Assembly: GCA_965215015.1 (NCBI GenBank)
Contig: OZ244042.1
Span: 4,416,001 to 4,480,000, forward strand
DNA length: 64,000 nt
Direction: 5' to 3'
DNA from: Candidatus Poribacteria bacterium
GTDB lineage: Bacteria > Poribacteria > WGA-4E > PCPOR2b
Positions 10,350-20,571 of the stretch are shown in pieces; positions within the stretch are counted from its first letter, which is position 1; each line of letters begins with the position of its first letter. The notes under the pieces are model-generated. The model worked only from the letters and a program-made list of their open reading frames with translations, was not told the origin of the DNA and made no database searches. Made by a program: the position numbers and the translations under genes.

Positions 10350-11051
10350 TTACTGAGTAACTGCTGGTGTTCCACCACTTTTTAGTATGCCCCAAGTGGT
10401 TGCAAGTTTCCCTTTGCTCTCAACAGCACGTGGATCTTTTCTAGGAAACTCGGTGGGCCAAGGGTCGTCATCCGGTTGCTCGTCTTGGTCTTGGCTGAGC
10501 AGCATCTGATCAAGATTATGCGGCTGTTGTCTCGGCTGTGAACGTATTACATGGAGACCGCGTTCCTTTGCTTCCCATTCGACAACCGTCAGGGGTGGAA
10601 CGCCTTGGCTGAGCCACTTGTAAATACCAGCATCGAAAACGTCACGCCAATTGCCCAATCCACGACCCATAAAATCCGGGTCCGCGGTATGCTCTGTGGT
10701 ACCGATTTGGTTATCAAATTGTAACCAAAAGGCGTCAGTACCGGTGTTGCCATCGCTTTTGCCTCTTGCCCAGATGTAGTATGTGCCTTCGTCGCACCAG
10801 AACTCAACTTGCCAATACGCTGTTGGATCTGCAACCGGTGGGTTCATAGCACCACCGATAAATTGAAATGCAAGGCCATTGGACGCGTCGGCATCTCGCG
10901 CAAATGCAGTATTTTCTGGCGATGTTTCGCCATAATCTCTAATCGTCTCTGCGCTGATGACAACCTCGGTAATCGCAGCAAAGCTGCTAGAAGCTATGCC
11001 GACAACACAAAGTGCCATAAGCATACAGATTAATAAACTTGGTGCTCTCAT
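10350..11051 (-). CDS. Secreted hypothetical beta-sandwich (CBM-like) protein with C-terminal KLATTWGILK motif
   Basis: Start MRAPSLL behind AGGAGG; signal peptide; GTYYIWARG...DAFW motif of jelly-roll modules. Confidence 0.7.
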   Translation of the reverse strand: MRAPSLLICMLMALCVVGIASSSFAAITEVVISAETIRDYGETSPENTAFARDADASNGLAFQFIGGAMNPPVADPTAYWQVEFWCDEGTYYIWARGKSDGNTGTDAFWLQFDNQIGTTEHTADPDFMGRGLGNWRDVFDAGIYKWLSQGVPPLTVVEWEAKERGLHVIRSQPRQQPHNLDQMLLSQDQDEQPDDDPWPTEFPRKDPRAVESKGKLATTWGILKSGGTPAVTQ

Positions 11052-11325
11052 TATTAAGTAACCTCCTAATAGGCTATTAAACATTTGGTATATAAAAATA
11101 GGTTCTGTTGACATTTTGACAAATTGAACCAATCCTGAATACGCCTTGAGGCAATTTTGAACAACCGCCTCGATTTTGGGCGGATTGCCCAATGATTACA
11201 GCGTTTGCCGAATTGGTGACAGCCAAATGCCAACACACCTTACCTCAACAACATGAGTTTAAGGGAATGCGTTGGCATTCCCTTAAGGGATTCGCTTCAG
11301 AAACAGATAAAACATCACATTTACT

Positions 11326-11355
11326 ATTCTATAGCATTATAATAGAGACTGTCAA
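11326..11355 (-). promoter_or_regulatory. Sigma70-type promoter pointing toward the secreted-protein cluster
   Basis: TTGACA-18 bp-TAGAAT on the minus strand. Confidence 0.5.
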
Positions 11356-11609
11356 GACTTTTTTACCATAATTATTTTTTTAAGGAGAGGAACGATAATA
11401 AGTATACCATTGTTTGTCAAATACCGATAAACATTGGCGCGGGCATCAGGGGTCGCCCGAATAAATCGGTATTTATCTCTGTTCATTCCAAATGGCAAAT
11501 AGTTCAATGTTACCATTAATAAAAAATTGTACGCTAAATCAACAAGCTTAGAGGACGATGGCTAAAACCCAAGCTACCAAAGGGCTTTTGGCAGGTGGAC
11601 GCTTATAAA

Positions 11610-11643
11610 ATAATTCCATAGAATAGTAATTCTATGGAATTAT
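11610..11643. other. loxP-like recombination site (13-8-13)
   Basis: ATAATTCCATAGA-ATAGTAAT-TCTATGGAATTAT; perfect inverted arms; 34 bp upstream of the recombinase relic. Confidence 0.7.
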
Positions 11644-11677
11644 TAGGGGTTATGCACCCGGTCCTGGAAGAGTAATC

Positions 11678-12040
11678 ATGAATGAATCAGCGACGAAACG
11701 GAGAAATTAGTTAAAGCTAGCATCGCAGCGAGCACCGTCGAGACCTATCACCTCGCAATGCAACAGTTGGAAATCTGGTTGGCTGGACGCTTCTTGAGCG
11801 ATAGCCTACTTGCAAATTACATCATGGGGTTATATCAAGATGGACGCTAGCGACAATCAGTAAAATTGTCGCTGTGGTCAAATGGACAGTAAAAAATCAC
11901 GGCGTGGGGATCCCCTTTGAGATCGCGGAGAAGACACTTGCTAGCATTCGACGCAAAGGCAAAGATCGAGCGCGGGGTTAGGTAGATGGCATGATATGGA
12001 GCGAGTCTGTGCGTTTGCCGAAGCGGATAATACCGTAAGT
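11678..12040 (+). pseudogene. Cre-like tyrosine recombinase, N-terminal part (frameshifted, internal stops, truncated)
   Basis: Stitched frames read SDETEKLVKASIAASTVETY...LLANYIMGLYQDG / ATISKIVAVVKW...TLASIRRKGKDRARG*VDGMIW / ERVCAFAEADNT; the relic ends before the catalytic domain. Confidence 0.75.
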
Positions 12041-12289
12041 TGCTTTGAATCCCGATCTTATCGGGGAGGCATCAGGTCAAGGACTCTCGGAACGGAGATT
12101 AGCGCAATCTGTCAAATGTCAACCGAACCTTGTTATTGCACTCAACTAACCGGATTCAGATGGAAATTCCTTGAGTTTGTTATTATTTTTTGATACACTA
12201 CAACAAAGTTGAAATAAGTAAGGACCAATCTATATGTTCACCCTATCAGGGGGTATACACAGATACACGCCGACTTTAAGGAGGTTTGA

Positions 12290-12883
12290 ATGTCAGAAGC
12301 AGTCAGTAACGCGAGAGTCGAAGATTACAAAGGTATCTTGCAACAATATTGTCAGAAACGAGCTTTAGAGAATTTAACCTATGAAACGGATCAACAGGGG
12401 CCTCTCAATGAACCGAGTTGGATTGTCACTGTTAAGTATGGAGAAACAACCTACACCACACCAGCACCGATTCGTGGATCTAAACGCTTCGCGGAAAAGA
12501 TGGCAGCCAAACAGATTCTGGAACAAATAGAATCCCACCAAGAAGCGTTTCTAGTAGGTTGTTCTGAGTCCCGATCGCATCGGAGCGATTCCGTTGAAAC
12601 AACCGAAACGCAGGAGCAGTCAACAGAAGTATCGTCCCCAGAACCCCTCTATGTACCGACTGAGCTTGTTACTACAGTACTTGGCATTGCCAACCACCGG
12701 TTGGCTGGACTGCAGCGCGGCACACGCTACCGCGACTCAGTCGAATCCAAGCAAAGCAACCAAGCATTTGCACAGAACCTAGCAGAGCTCACCATGCAGA
12801 TTGTGCGTGAAATTGCGAATGCTGCAGAAGCTTCCAGTGTCAAATTTGGTGATACATCATCACAACCAGAATCTGATGAATGA
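12290..12883 (+). CDS. Double-stranded RNA-binding motif (dsRBD) protein
   Basis: DYKGILQQYCQK...GP...GSKRFAEKMAAKQIL; no RNase III domain; RBS AAGGAGG. Confidence 0.75.
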   Translation: MSEAVSNARVEDYKGILQQYCQKRALENLTYETDQQGPLNEPSWIVTVKYGETTYTTPAPIRGSKRFAEKMAAKQILEQIESHQEAFLVGCSESRSHRSDSVETTETQEQSTEVSSPEPLYVPTELVTTVLGIANHRLAGLQRGTRYRDSVESKQSNQAFAQNLAELTMQIVREIANAAEASSVKFGDTSSQPESDE

Positions 12884-13151
12884 CAAGTGATACTAAATCT
12901 GCCTCCAAATGTTACAAAGGCGGCCTTGTGACACGATAATCGAAAGCCCATATAAAAATTCACGCCTCATTCGTCACGTTTCACACGATGCCACAGGGCA
13001 ATCAGGCATATAGTAGTAGGCATACTCCGTATGCCGTAACCTCTCGTAGCCATAGAGCCTACCCACGATTCATCGGGGTTGCCTAACCGGTGATCTCCGC
13101 TGCGTAATTTCTATAACAGATTCAATTCCCCTACGCTATGCCATTATAGAC

Positions 13152-13180
13152 TTGACAAAAAGCAAGATTGTCCTTAAAAT
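13152..13180 (+). promoter_or_regulatory. Sigma70-type promoter
   Basis: TTGACA-17 bp-TAAAAT. Confidence 0.6.
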
Positions 13181-13427
13181 GACTTGGGCTTTCGTATGAA
13201 AGACGGTACAGGCATAGGAAGCTCAATAAAAAAAAACAAGATAGTCTGTCGAGAAACAAAGACAAAGATAAGAATAGAAACTTGAAGGGCATCAATCTAT
13301 ATCAGGACGGGACTCTGATTGTTATTAGTCTTGCTGACCACCACTTTGTTGGGTTTGTTGGATGACGTGATGCTTCCAAAGACCAACGGATACCTCCAAT
13401 TGCACTCCTCATAGAAAGGAATAAATA

Positions 13428-15524
13428 ATGTCTAATAACCCGAAGCATACTAACCGACTCATCAACGAAACGAGTCCCTACCTCCTGCAACATGCACACA
13501 ATCCTGTTGATTGGTATCCGTGGGGTGAGGAAGCAATCGCGCAAGCCACGCAGCGAGATAAGCCCATCCTGTTGAGCATTGGCTATGCTGCCTGCCACTG
13601 GTGCCATGTCATGGAGCACGAATCCTTCGAGAATGAGCAGATTGCCGCGGTCATGAATGAGCATTTCATTAACATCAAGGTTGATCGTGAAGAACGCCCT
13701 GACTTGGATGAAATTTACATGAATGCTGTCCAAATGCTTACGGGGCAAGGGGGTTGGCCCATGACCATGTTTCTGACACCGGATCTAAAGCCGTTCTACG
13801 GTGGCACCTACTTTCCCCCCGATAACCGCTACGGGCGTCCGGGGTTTCCACGGGTGTTGCTTGGTGTTGCAGAGGCGTATAGGGAGCGTCCTGACGCGGT
13901 GGGAGAACAGGCAGATCAGATTATCGCTAACTTGAATCAGTTGTCTGAAATAGAAGGGCATGGTCATCAGTTGACAATTGATATGTTGGATCGGGCATAT
14001 CAGGATTATCTATCACGATTCGATCACCATGACGGTGGATTCGGGAGTGCGCCTAAGTTCCCACCGAGTATGGGACTCTCGCTGTTATTGCGTCACTGGC
14101 ATCGCACAGGTAACCCCAACGCGCTTAACATGGTCGAAGTAACACTGGAAAAGATGGCGCGCGGTGGGATGTATGATCAGCTTGGCGGAGGATTCCATCG
14201 TTACTCAGTTGATGAGAGATGGCTCGTTCCCCACTTCGAGAAGATGCTCTACGACAACGCTTTGTTGAGTGTTGCTTATTTGGAAGCATATCAGGCAACG
14301 GGGAAGGTTTTTTATCGTCAAATCGCCACGGAAACGCTTGATTACGTTTTGTGTGAAATGTACGATGCGGAAAAAGGGGGCTTTTACTCAACACAAGATG
14401 CGGACAGTGAAGGCGTTGAGGGCAAATTCTTCGTTTGGATGCCAGACGAGGTAGAAGGTCTCCTTGGGGAGGAGAAAGCCAAGATCTTTTGCGAATATTA
14501 TGATATTACTGAGCATGGCAATTTTGAACACAAAAACATCCTGCATGTCCGAACACCGCCAGATCTATTTGCCAGAAAACTGGGTATGGATTTGGGTGAT
14601 ATAGAGGATATCCTCACCGAAGGGAGACAGAAACTCTTTGGAGCCCGTGAGGAACGGATTAAGCCCGGCTTGGATGACAAGATTCTCACAAGTTGGAACG
14701 GTTTAATGATTCGGAGCATGGCAATGGGGTATCAGGTCCTCGGTGATGAACGTTATCAGGAAGCCGCAGAAAAATCTGCGAGATTCATTTTATCTGAGCT
14801 CTCCCAAGATAACGGACTGTTGCTCCGTACACACCGTGCGGGCAAAAGCCACCTGAATGCTTACCTTGAGGATTATTCCTACTTCGTTGCCGGTTTAATC
14901 AATCTCTACGAGGCAACCTTCGCCGTTGAGTGGCTGAAAGAGGCTGAACGGTTGAATCAGATCATGATTGATCAATTTTGGGATGAAGCAAATGGCAGCT
15001 TCTTCTTTACAAGCAAAAACCACGAAACTCTCATCGTCCGATCAAAACCGGGGTATGATGGTGCAACCCCCGCCGGTGTGTCGATAGCTATCCATAATTT
15101 GTTGAGACTTGACAAACTCCTCAACTGTCCAGACTTCCGGGAAAAGGTGGAAACTACTCTCGATGTCTATTATCATCAAATCGAGCATTCGCCCAGCGGA
15201 TCGGCGCAGATGCTATGCGAGCTGGATTTTCTACTGTCCACACCCAAAGAAATTGCGATTGCCGGTCAGCGGGAGAACGAGGACACCCAAGCGGCGTTGG
15301 CAGCTATCCATAGCCGCTTCGTGCCAAACAAAGTGCTCGCTTTGGCTAGCGATGGAGAAAATGTCAGCGATTCGATTCCACTCCTTGAAGGTAAAACACA
15401 GATTGATGGTAAGGCGACAATCTATGTATGTGAGAACTACACTTGCCAAGCCCCGACGACAGAGGTGGAAGAATTGGCGGAGCTGCTTCAGTTAGGGGGA
15501 CTGCCCGAGGCGTCCAACCTATAG
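13428..15524 (+). CDS. Thioredoxin domain-containing protein, YyaL/SSP411 (DUF255) family
   Basis: [39 protein letters not shown]. Confidence 0.93.
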   Translation: MSNNPKHTNRLINETSPYLLQHAHNPVDWYPWGEEAIAQATQRDKPILLSIGYAACHWCHVMEHESFENEQIAAVMNEHFINIKVDREERPDLDEIYMNAVQMLTGQGGWPMTMFLTPDLKPFYGGTYFPPDNRYGRPGFPRVLLGVAEAYRERPDAVGEQADQIIANLNQLSEIEGHGHQLTIDMLDRAYQDYLSRFDHHDGGFGSAPKFPPSMGLSLLLRHWHRTGNPNALNMVEVTLEKMARGGMYDQLGGGFHRYSVDERWLVPHFEKMLYDNALLSVAYLEAYQATGKVFYRQIATETLDYVLCEMYDAEKGGFYSTQDADSEGVEGKFFVWMPDEVEGLLGEEKAKIFCEYYDITEHGNFEHKNILHVRTPPDLFARKLGMDLGDIEDILTEGRQKLFGAREERIKPGLDDKILTSWNGLMIRSMAMGYQVLGDERYQEAAEKSARFILSELSQDNGLLLRTHRAGKSHLNAYLEDYSYFVAGLINLYEATFAVEWLKEAERLNQIMIDQFWDEANGSFFFTSKNHETLIVRSKPGYDGATPAGVSIAIHNLLRLDKLLNCPDFREKVETTLDVYYHQIEHSPSGSAQMLCELDFLLSTPKEIAIAGQRENEDTQAALAAIHSRFVPNKVLALASDGENVSDSIPLLEGKTQIDGKATIYVCENYTCQAPTTEVEELAELLQLGGLPEASNL

Positions 15525-15543
15525 ATGACACAAGGAGCCTACT

Positions 15544-16035
15544 GTGAATGAAGATGAACTTGAACGGAGAGAACAGGCACTACTTTATTTGCTCGAGGGA
15601 GAAGCACACCAGATGCGCGGTGAATTCGGCCGCGCAATTGCGTTGTACATGAAGTCAATTGCCCTCTATCCCACAGCGAAAGCGCACACATGGCTCGGTT
15701 GGACCTATAGCATGATGGGACGTTTCCAAGACTCGATTGATGAGTGTCACAAAGCGATTCGTCTAGATGCTAATTTTGGTAATCCCTACAACGACATCGG
15801 CGCGTGTCTAATTCAACTCGGCGAATATGATGCTGCTATCCCTTGGTTAGAGAAAGCCCTTCAAGCACCTAACTATGAGGCGCGGTGCCATCCCCACATG
15901 AATCTGGGACGTATTTGGGAGCATCGCCTGGAATGGAATAAAGCGATCGAAAGCTACAAACGTGCCTTATATGAAAGCCCCGATTATCAACCCGCATTTG
16001 TCGCACTTAGGAAGTTGCGGGCAAAGTTGAATTAG
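15544..16035 (+). CDS. TPR-repeat protein
   Basis: Repeated TPR pattern (AHTWLG...AI..D..FGNPYNDIG). Confidence 0.85.
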   Translation: MNEDELERREQALLYLLEGEAHQMRGEFGRAIALYMKSIALYPTAKAHTWLGWTYSMMGRFQDSIDECHKAIRLDANFGNPYNDIGACLIQLGEYDAAIPWLEKALQAPNYEARCHPHMNLGRIWEHRLEWNKAIESYKRALYESPDYQPAFVALRKLRAKLN

Positions 16036-16139
16036 ATTACCATTACCTTACCCTGTTGCCTCGTTGAGGCTACGTTGGTTCCTTAGTTCAAAGGGTTCAT
16101 TATGCCTTAGCAACTTGGGTTAAAATTAAGGAGAAAGCT

Positions 16140-17804
16140 ATGGCAATTTTGGAAGGTGGTCAGATTATTACAAAGGTCCTGAAGCAAGAGAATATAAAAT
16201 ATCTATTCACACTCTGTGGTGGGACGATCGAATCGATTTACGAAGGGTGTCTGAACGACGGCATCCAAATTATTGACACACGGGTAGATCCGTCTGCGAC
16301 GATGATGGCAGATGCGTATGCACGGGTCACCGGGGGCGTCGGTGTTAGCGGTGTCACCCGCGGGCCAGGGCACGCCGCCATGATCTACGGGCTAGCGACA
16401 GCATACATGATGGGCAGTCCGCTGTACTCAATAAGTGGTAATAGCGACGCTGATCAGATTGACATGGGCGGCTCTCAAGAATATAACCAAACCGGGTTGG
16501 TCAAGCCGATTAGCAAGTGGACGCGGTTGGTCACACAGACCGAGCGGCTGCCGGAGTACGTCGGCACAGGATTCCGTAAGGCGTTGGGAGGGCGTCCGGG
16601 GCCCGTCCATCTGAACGTTCCCTACGATGTTTTGTATGACAAGATTGATGATTCAGAGATCGCTTACCCTGAACCAGCGAACTCTCGTATGCAAGCCAAG
16701 GTCCACGGTGATCCGGAGCAGATAGATCGCGCATTGAGGTTGTTGGCACAAGCAGATAGCCCAGTAATTATCGCCGCAGGGGCGATTCACTGGCAGAACG
16801 CTGCGGGGGCACTCTTAGATTTTGTGGAGGCAACGGGGATACCGTTCTTCTCAAGGGGTGCCGATGTCAATGCAATTACCCGCCCATCTCCGCTCTTCTT
16901 TGGCACCGCAACCTCTCGATTCGGCAATGCCTCAAAGGAGCTGTGCAACGCCGATGTAATTCTCGCCTTAGGGGTTAAGTTCGACACAAACATCAGCTAC
17001 GGCGGCCCACCGCTGTTTCACCAAGACGCTAAATTTATCTGCGTCGATATTGATGTTGAGGAGATGGGCAAGAACCGTTCATTTGATGTTGGTATCATCG
17101 GCGATCTACAACCCGTCCTGACCGAGATGACAAACGGCGTTTCCCGACACGATTTTCATGAGCCAACAGATTGGGTTGAACGTCTAAATCTCGTCCGTCA
17201 GGGTTTTCGGCAGCGACTCGCTGAAGCGGAGAACTCCGATGGCATTCCCGTTCATCCGTTACGCATCTGTAAGGAGGTGCGTGAACTCTTCGGGGATGAT
17301 ACCACAATTTCCCTCGATGGTGGAGATGCCTCACTCTTTTCCCACATGGCACTCGATCACTATCATCCCCCCTACCTATTGTTCACAGGTCCCATCGGTG
17401 GTATTGGGCAGGGCGTTCCCTTTGCGCTTGCTGGCAAGGTAGCGAGACCCGATCAGCCAAGCGTCCTGATCACCGGCGACGGCTCCTTCGGTTACGGTAT
17501 CATCGAGTATGATACCGCGCTGAAGCATAGCTTGCCGATTATTTCAGTAGTCTCAAGCGATGAGGCGTGGGGCATTGTGAGGCACCCGCAAATCCAACGC
17601 TACGGTTTGGATCGGGCGGTTGCAACAGATCTTCGAGCGGTTAGTTATGAGCGGCTTGCCGAAGCTTTAGATTGTTATGGAGAGCTTGTGAAGCAACCCG
17701 ATGAAATTGGTCCAGCTCTGCAACGTGCCGCCGATTCAGGGGTGCCAGCGGTGATCAATGTTCCCACAATTTTCACGAGTGCGGCAGCGTACTGCCCGCA
17801 ATAG
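16140..17804 (+). CDS. Thiamine pyrophosphate-binding enzyme (acetolactate synthase-like/oxalyl-CoA decarboxylase family)
   Basis: ADAYAR, RPGPVHL, ThDP motif GDGSF. Confidence 0.85.
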   Translation: MAILEGGQIITKVLKQENIKYLFTLCGGTIESIYEGCLNDGIQIIDTRVDPSATMMADAYARVTGGVGVSGVTRGPGHAAMIYGLATAYMMGSPLYSISGNSDADQIDMGGSQEYNQTGLVKPISKWTRLVTQTERLPEYVGTGFRKALGGRPGPVHLNVPYDVLYDKIDDSEIAYPEPANSRMQAKVHGDPEQIDRALRLLAQADSPVIIAAGAIHWQNAAGALLDFVEATGIPFFSRGADVNAITRPSPLFFGTATSRFGNASKELCNADVILALGVKFDTNISYGGPPLFHQDAKFICVDIDVEEMGKNRSFDVGIIGDLQPVLTEMTNGVSRHDFHEPTDWVERLNLVRQGFRQRLAEAENSDGIPVHPLRICKEVRELFGDDTTISLDGGDASLFSHMALDHYHPPYLLFTGPIGGIGQGVPFALAGKVARPDQPSVLITGDGSFGYGIIEYDTALKHSLPIISVVSSDEAWGIVRHPQIQRYGLDRAVATDLRAVSYERLAEALDCYGELVKQPDEIGPALQRAADSGVPAVINVPTIFTSAAAYCPQ

Positions 17805-17806
17805 GC

Positions 17807-18658
17807 TTAATGCGCTTGCCAATCGGTACGCTTCAGGGGGTCATGGACGTTAATCGTCAGGGCCGGACCAAATCCCTCAATTTCCAGACGCAGATTATCC
17901 CCATCCTGAATCGGTGCCAAAGCGTAGTGATGGGTTCCCGTGGATACGACGTTCCCGGGCTCAAGCGTTATGACCTTGGTAACCTCTGCCAACACCTCCG
18001 GTATGAAACGCGCCATGGAGTTCGAGGAGAAGTCATGCCGAAGCTCGTCGTTGACCCAGAGCCGAATGCCGAGTTCGTTTGGATCCGAAACCTCGTCGGC
18101 GGTGACCAACGCTGGTCCCATCGGAGCAAAAGTGTGCCAGCTTTTTCCGAGGAAGAAACCGCCGGGCAGGCCGCGGGCGGACACATCGATAAATTGAGTA
18201 TAGCCGAAAACATGATCCATCGCTTCAGCTTGTGAAAGGTGGCTTGCTGTTTTGCCTATGACTACACTGAGCTCAGGCTCGAAGTGGAAGACGGTCGCGT
18301 CTGTTTCGGGGAGTTGAACCGTATCGTCCTTTCCAATGATGCCGGTGGGGGATTTGAGAAAGGCGTTAAATTCTCCCCGATCGGGGGATGCAGGTTCTAT
18401 GTAATTGCCAGCAAGACAGACTAATTGACCCGGTCTGGGCAGGGGAGCCCTGAGACGAACGCTATCAAGTGCTGTTCCTACATTCCCTTCGGCAGCCTGT
18501 GCAAGTTGGGGTTGTAGGTTACTCCAATCTTGGATAAGTGTTTCGATAAGTTCTTGGGGGCTGTGGTAAGAGAGCCCCCCCAGTGCTGAGGCGACATCAA
18601 CAATCTGATCGCTGCTGATTACACCCAGTTGATAGTCATTGAAAAATGCAAGTTTCAT
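17807..18658 (-). CDS. Fumarylacetoacetate hydrolase family protein
   Basis: FLKSP, HFEPEL, DVSAR, GKSWHTFAPMGP, STGT. Confidence 0.9.
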   Translation of the reverse strand: MKLAFFNDYQLGVISSDQIVDVASALGGLSYHSPQELIETLIQDWSNLQPQLAQAAEGNVGTALDSVRLRAPLPRPGQLVCLAGNYIEPASPDRGEFNAFLKSPTGIIGKDDTVQLPETDATVFHFEPELSVVIGKTASHLSQAEAMDHVFGYTQFIDVSARGLPGGFFLGKSWHTFAPMGPALVTADEVSDPNELGIRLWVNDELRHDFSSNSMARFIPEVLAEVTKVITLEPGNVVSTGTHHYALAPIQDGDNLRLEIEGFGPALTINVHDPLKRTDWQAH

Positions 18659-18709
18659 CTGATGTTTTTCCTTTCGATCTGTGATGATAGTACAGGTTTG
18701 ATGATTTGC

Positions 18710-18737
18710 ATTATAGCACGAATCGTGAGGATGTCAA
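18710..18737 (-). promoter_or_regulatory. Sigma70-type promoter
   Basis: TTGACA-16 bp-TATAAT with extended TG. Confidence 0.55.
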
Positions 18738-18815
18738 GACGCTTTTGAAGCATTTGATATTTCAATCTACACCGTCTAACGGGAGAGGGCAGGAAGGTTT
18801 CCGCCTTACCTAGTA

Positions 18816-19931
18816 TTACATGCAGAACATCTCAATCATCCGTTGATACACATCGACAGCTTCTGAAAGCTGGGCGATGTCAATCCACTCTCCGACGGTA
18901 TGCGCTTGGACGATATCGCCGGGCCCCAAAATGACGAGTTGTAGGTAATTCTTAAAAGCATGTGCGTCTGTGCCGAATGGCACCGTCCCTGGTTTCGTTG
19001 CGCCTGTGGCTTTCAATCCCGCTTGGACAATCTCCGCATCGGGTGAGACGTAGAACGGCGTCCCGTTATGTCCGGAGGCTTCAAGACCGTACTTTTCAGC
19101 GATTTCCGTTATCATAGCAATCACATCGTCGCTACGATCGTTCGGCATCGATCTAAAACTGAGGGTACAGACCGTTTTCGCTGCGGCGACGTTTGGTCGA
19201 CAGCCACCGTCATCAAGCACCATATTAAATCCATTTGTCGGTGGGTCAAACTCCCTATTCATGAAGGATTCATCGGTTTTGAACAGTTTCGCCAACTCCG
19301 CCATCTCAGCGAGGAAAGGCGCAATTAGGAAGTTTGCTGAAACCCCTTTATCTGTGCTCGTATGCGCTGCTCGCCCTTTCGCGGTTACAAAGACCCGTCC
19401 GCCTCCTTTGTGGGCATAAACAGGGGTCAATCGTGTCGGCTCGGCAATGACACCGTGCTTGGGGCGTTCCGCGTTGAAGAGCTGTGACTCCCCTGCAACT
19501 TGGCGCGCTCCCCCACCGCTAATCTCTTCGTCCGCCGTGATGACGATAAAGAGGGGTTTCTTCAAATCGGCGGCGTTGACCTTTGCGCCCGCAATAATTG
19601 TCGCAGCTAGCGGTCCCTTCATATCACAACTGCCACGACCAAACAGGCGACCATCTTGAATCACTGGGTCAAATGGGTCCCACTCCCCCTCCAAGCCAGG
19701 AACGGTATCGGAGTGGGAAAAAAGTCCGAAACCATTGGAACCCTCTCCCTTTTTCCCCACTAGGCTCACCTTTTGCTCACTATTGTCATCAACGTATTCT
19801 AGACGCTCGACCTCAAACTCACATCCCTTTAGTGTATCTTCAAGGAGATCTGAGACCTCCTTATTGCTCCGTTGGCTAACGGAATTAATCGCCACAATAT
19901 CCCTAGTCAGTTGAACAACATCAAGTCCCAT
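18816..19931 (-). CDS. argE: M20 family metallo-deacylase (acetylornithine deacetylase ArgE-like)
   Basis: HSDTV, GRGSCDMKG, DEE, EPT, AHT; start reassigned to MGLDVV. Confidence 0.7.
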   Translation of the reverse strand: MGLDVVQLTRDIVAINSVSQRSNKEVSDLLEDTLKGCEFEVERLEYVDDNSEQKVSLVGKKGEGSNGFGLFSHSDTVPGLEGEWDPFDPVIQDGRLFGRGSCDMKGPLAATIIAGAKVNAADLKKPLFIVITADEEISGGGARQVAGESQLFNAERPKHGVIAEPTRLTPVYAHKGGGRVFVTAKGRAAHTSTDKGVSANFLIAPFLAEMAELAKLFKTDESFMNREFDPPTNGFNMVLDDGGCRPNVAAAKTVCTLSFRSMPNDRSDDVIAMITEIAEKYGLEASGHNGTPFYVSPDAEIVQAGLKATGATKPGTVPFGTDAHAFKNYLQLVILGPGDIVQAHTVGEWIDIAQLSEAVDVYQRMIEMFCM

Positions 19932-19987
19932 CAAGAATGAACTCCTATCCAAAATTTGACTCATTAATAAAAAAAAATAAACAATCA

Positions 19988-20120
19988 GGCTCATGAAAAA
20001 AGAGAGTGCAAAACGTAAAAACCGTGAAACGTGGAAACCACTGGTTCACTAGTACATTAATGAACGAGTGAGCCAATGAACTCAATCAGTTTTTGTTACA
20101 TGATTTCTTAACATGAGCCA
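19988..20120. mobile_element. MITE-like element, family D
   Basis: GGCTCATGAAAAAAGA ... TTTCTTAACATGAGCC imperfect inverted ends; interior made of GTGAAAC/AATGAAC short repeats. Confidence 0.45.
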
Positions 20121-20411
20121 ACAACCATTTATCACATTGTCAGAATGAGTAGTATGCTTTGTGAAATTGCCTTTTGAGAGCAGATGTAGTAATCTCAATA
20201 GATTTGCAACTGTTGGATTAAATTCTCAGGCGGTGGCAACGGCTCCATCGCGCTATGGGTACGGTAAAAGCCTATGCGAATCTCTGGCAGCAGTGTCTCA
20301 CCGTGTCCAAGCAGTCTGGACCTACCTTATCGGCCCGCACTTGTCAAAATCATGCTATGCTATCATATATTTAACAAGAGGTCTATGAAAAAATTAGTTC
20401 GTTGATTTTCG

Positions 20412-20440
20412 TTGACTTTTCATAAGAATATAGGTAAAAT
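20412..20440 (+). promoter_or_regulatory. Sigma70-type promoter
   Basis: TTGACT-17 bp-TAAAAT. Confidence 0.5.
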
Positions 20441-20571
20441 GGTTGATATTGCATATCCTCAGAATTGGCTTGTCAACAACGTTTTTGGCAAAATTTTTCT
20501 GACGAATAGCGAATCGTTCAGAAATCTTAATGCAGTGCACGTTAATAAAATGACCGCAGGAGGGGAAAATA

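Larger units (their letters stand above)
11100..12130. mobile_element. Non-autonomous ~1-kb element bounded by family B inverted repeats, carrying a lox-like site and a recombinase relic
   Basis: Left end AGGTTCTGTTGACATTTTGACAAATTG; right end (reverse complement) AGGTTCGGTTGACATTT-GACAGATTG. Confidence 0.6.

Noticed and set aside
11329-11487. ~52-codon minus-strand ORF (MNRDKYRF...) inside the 1-kb element
   Set aside because: No recognisable motif or clear RBS, and it overlaps a promoter
20485-20501. Sigma54 -24/-12 promoter for the lipoprotein gene next to the activator
   Set aside because: TGGCA is present but the -12 box reads TTTC instead of TTGC; a sigma70 promoter explains the locus
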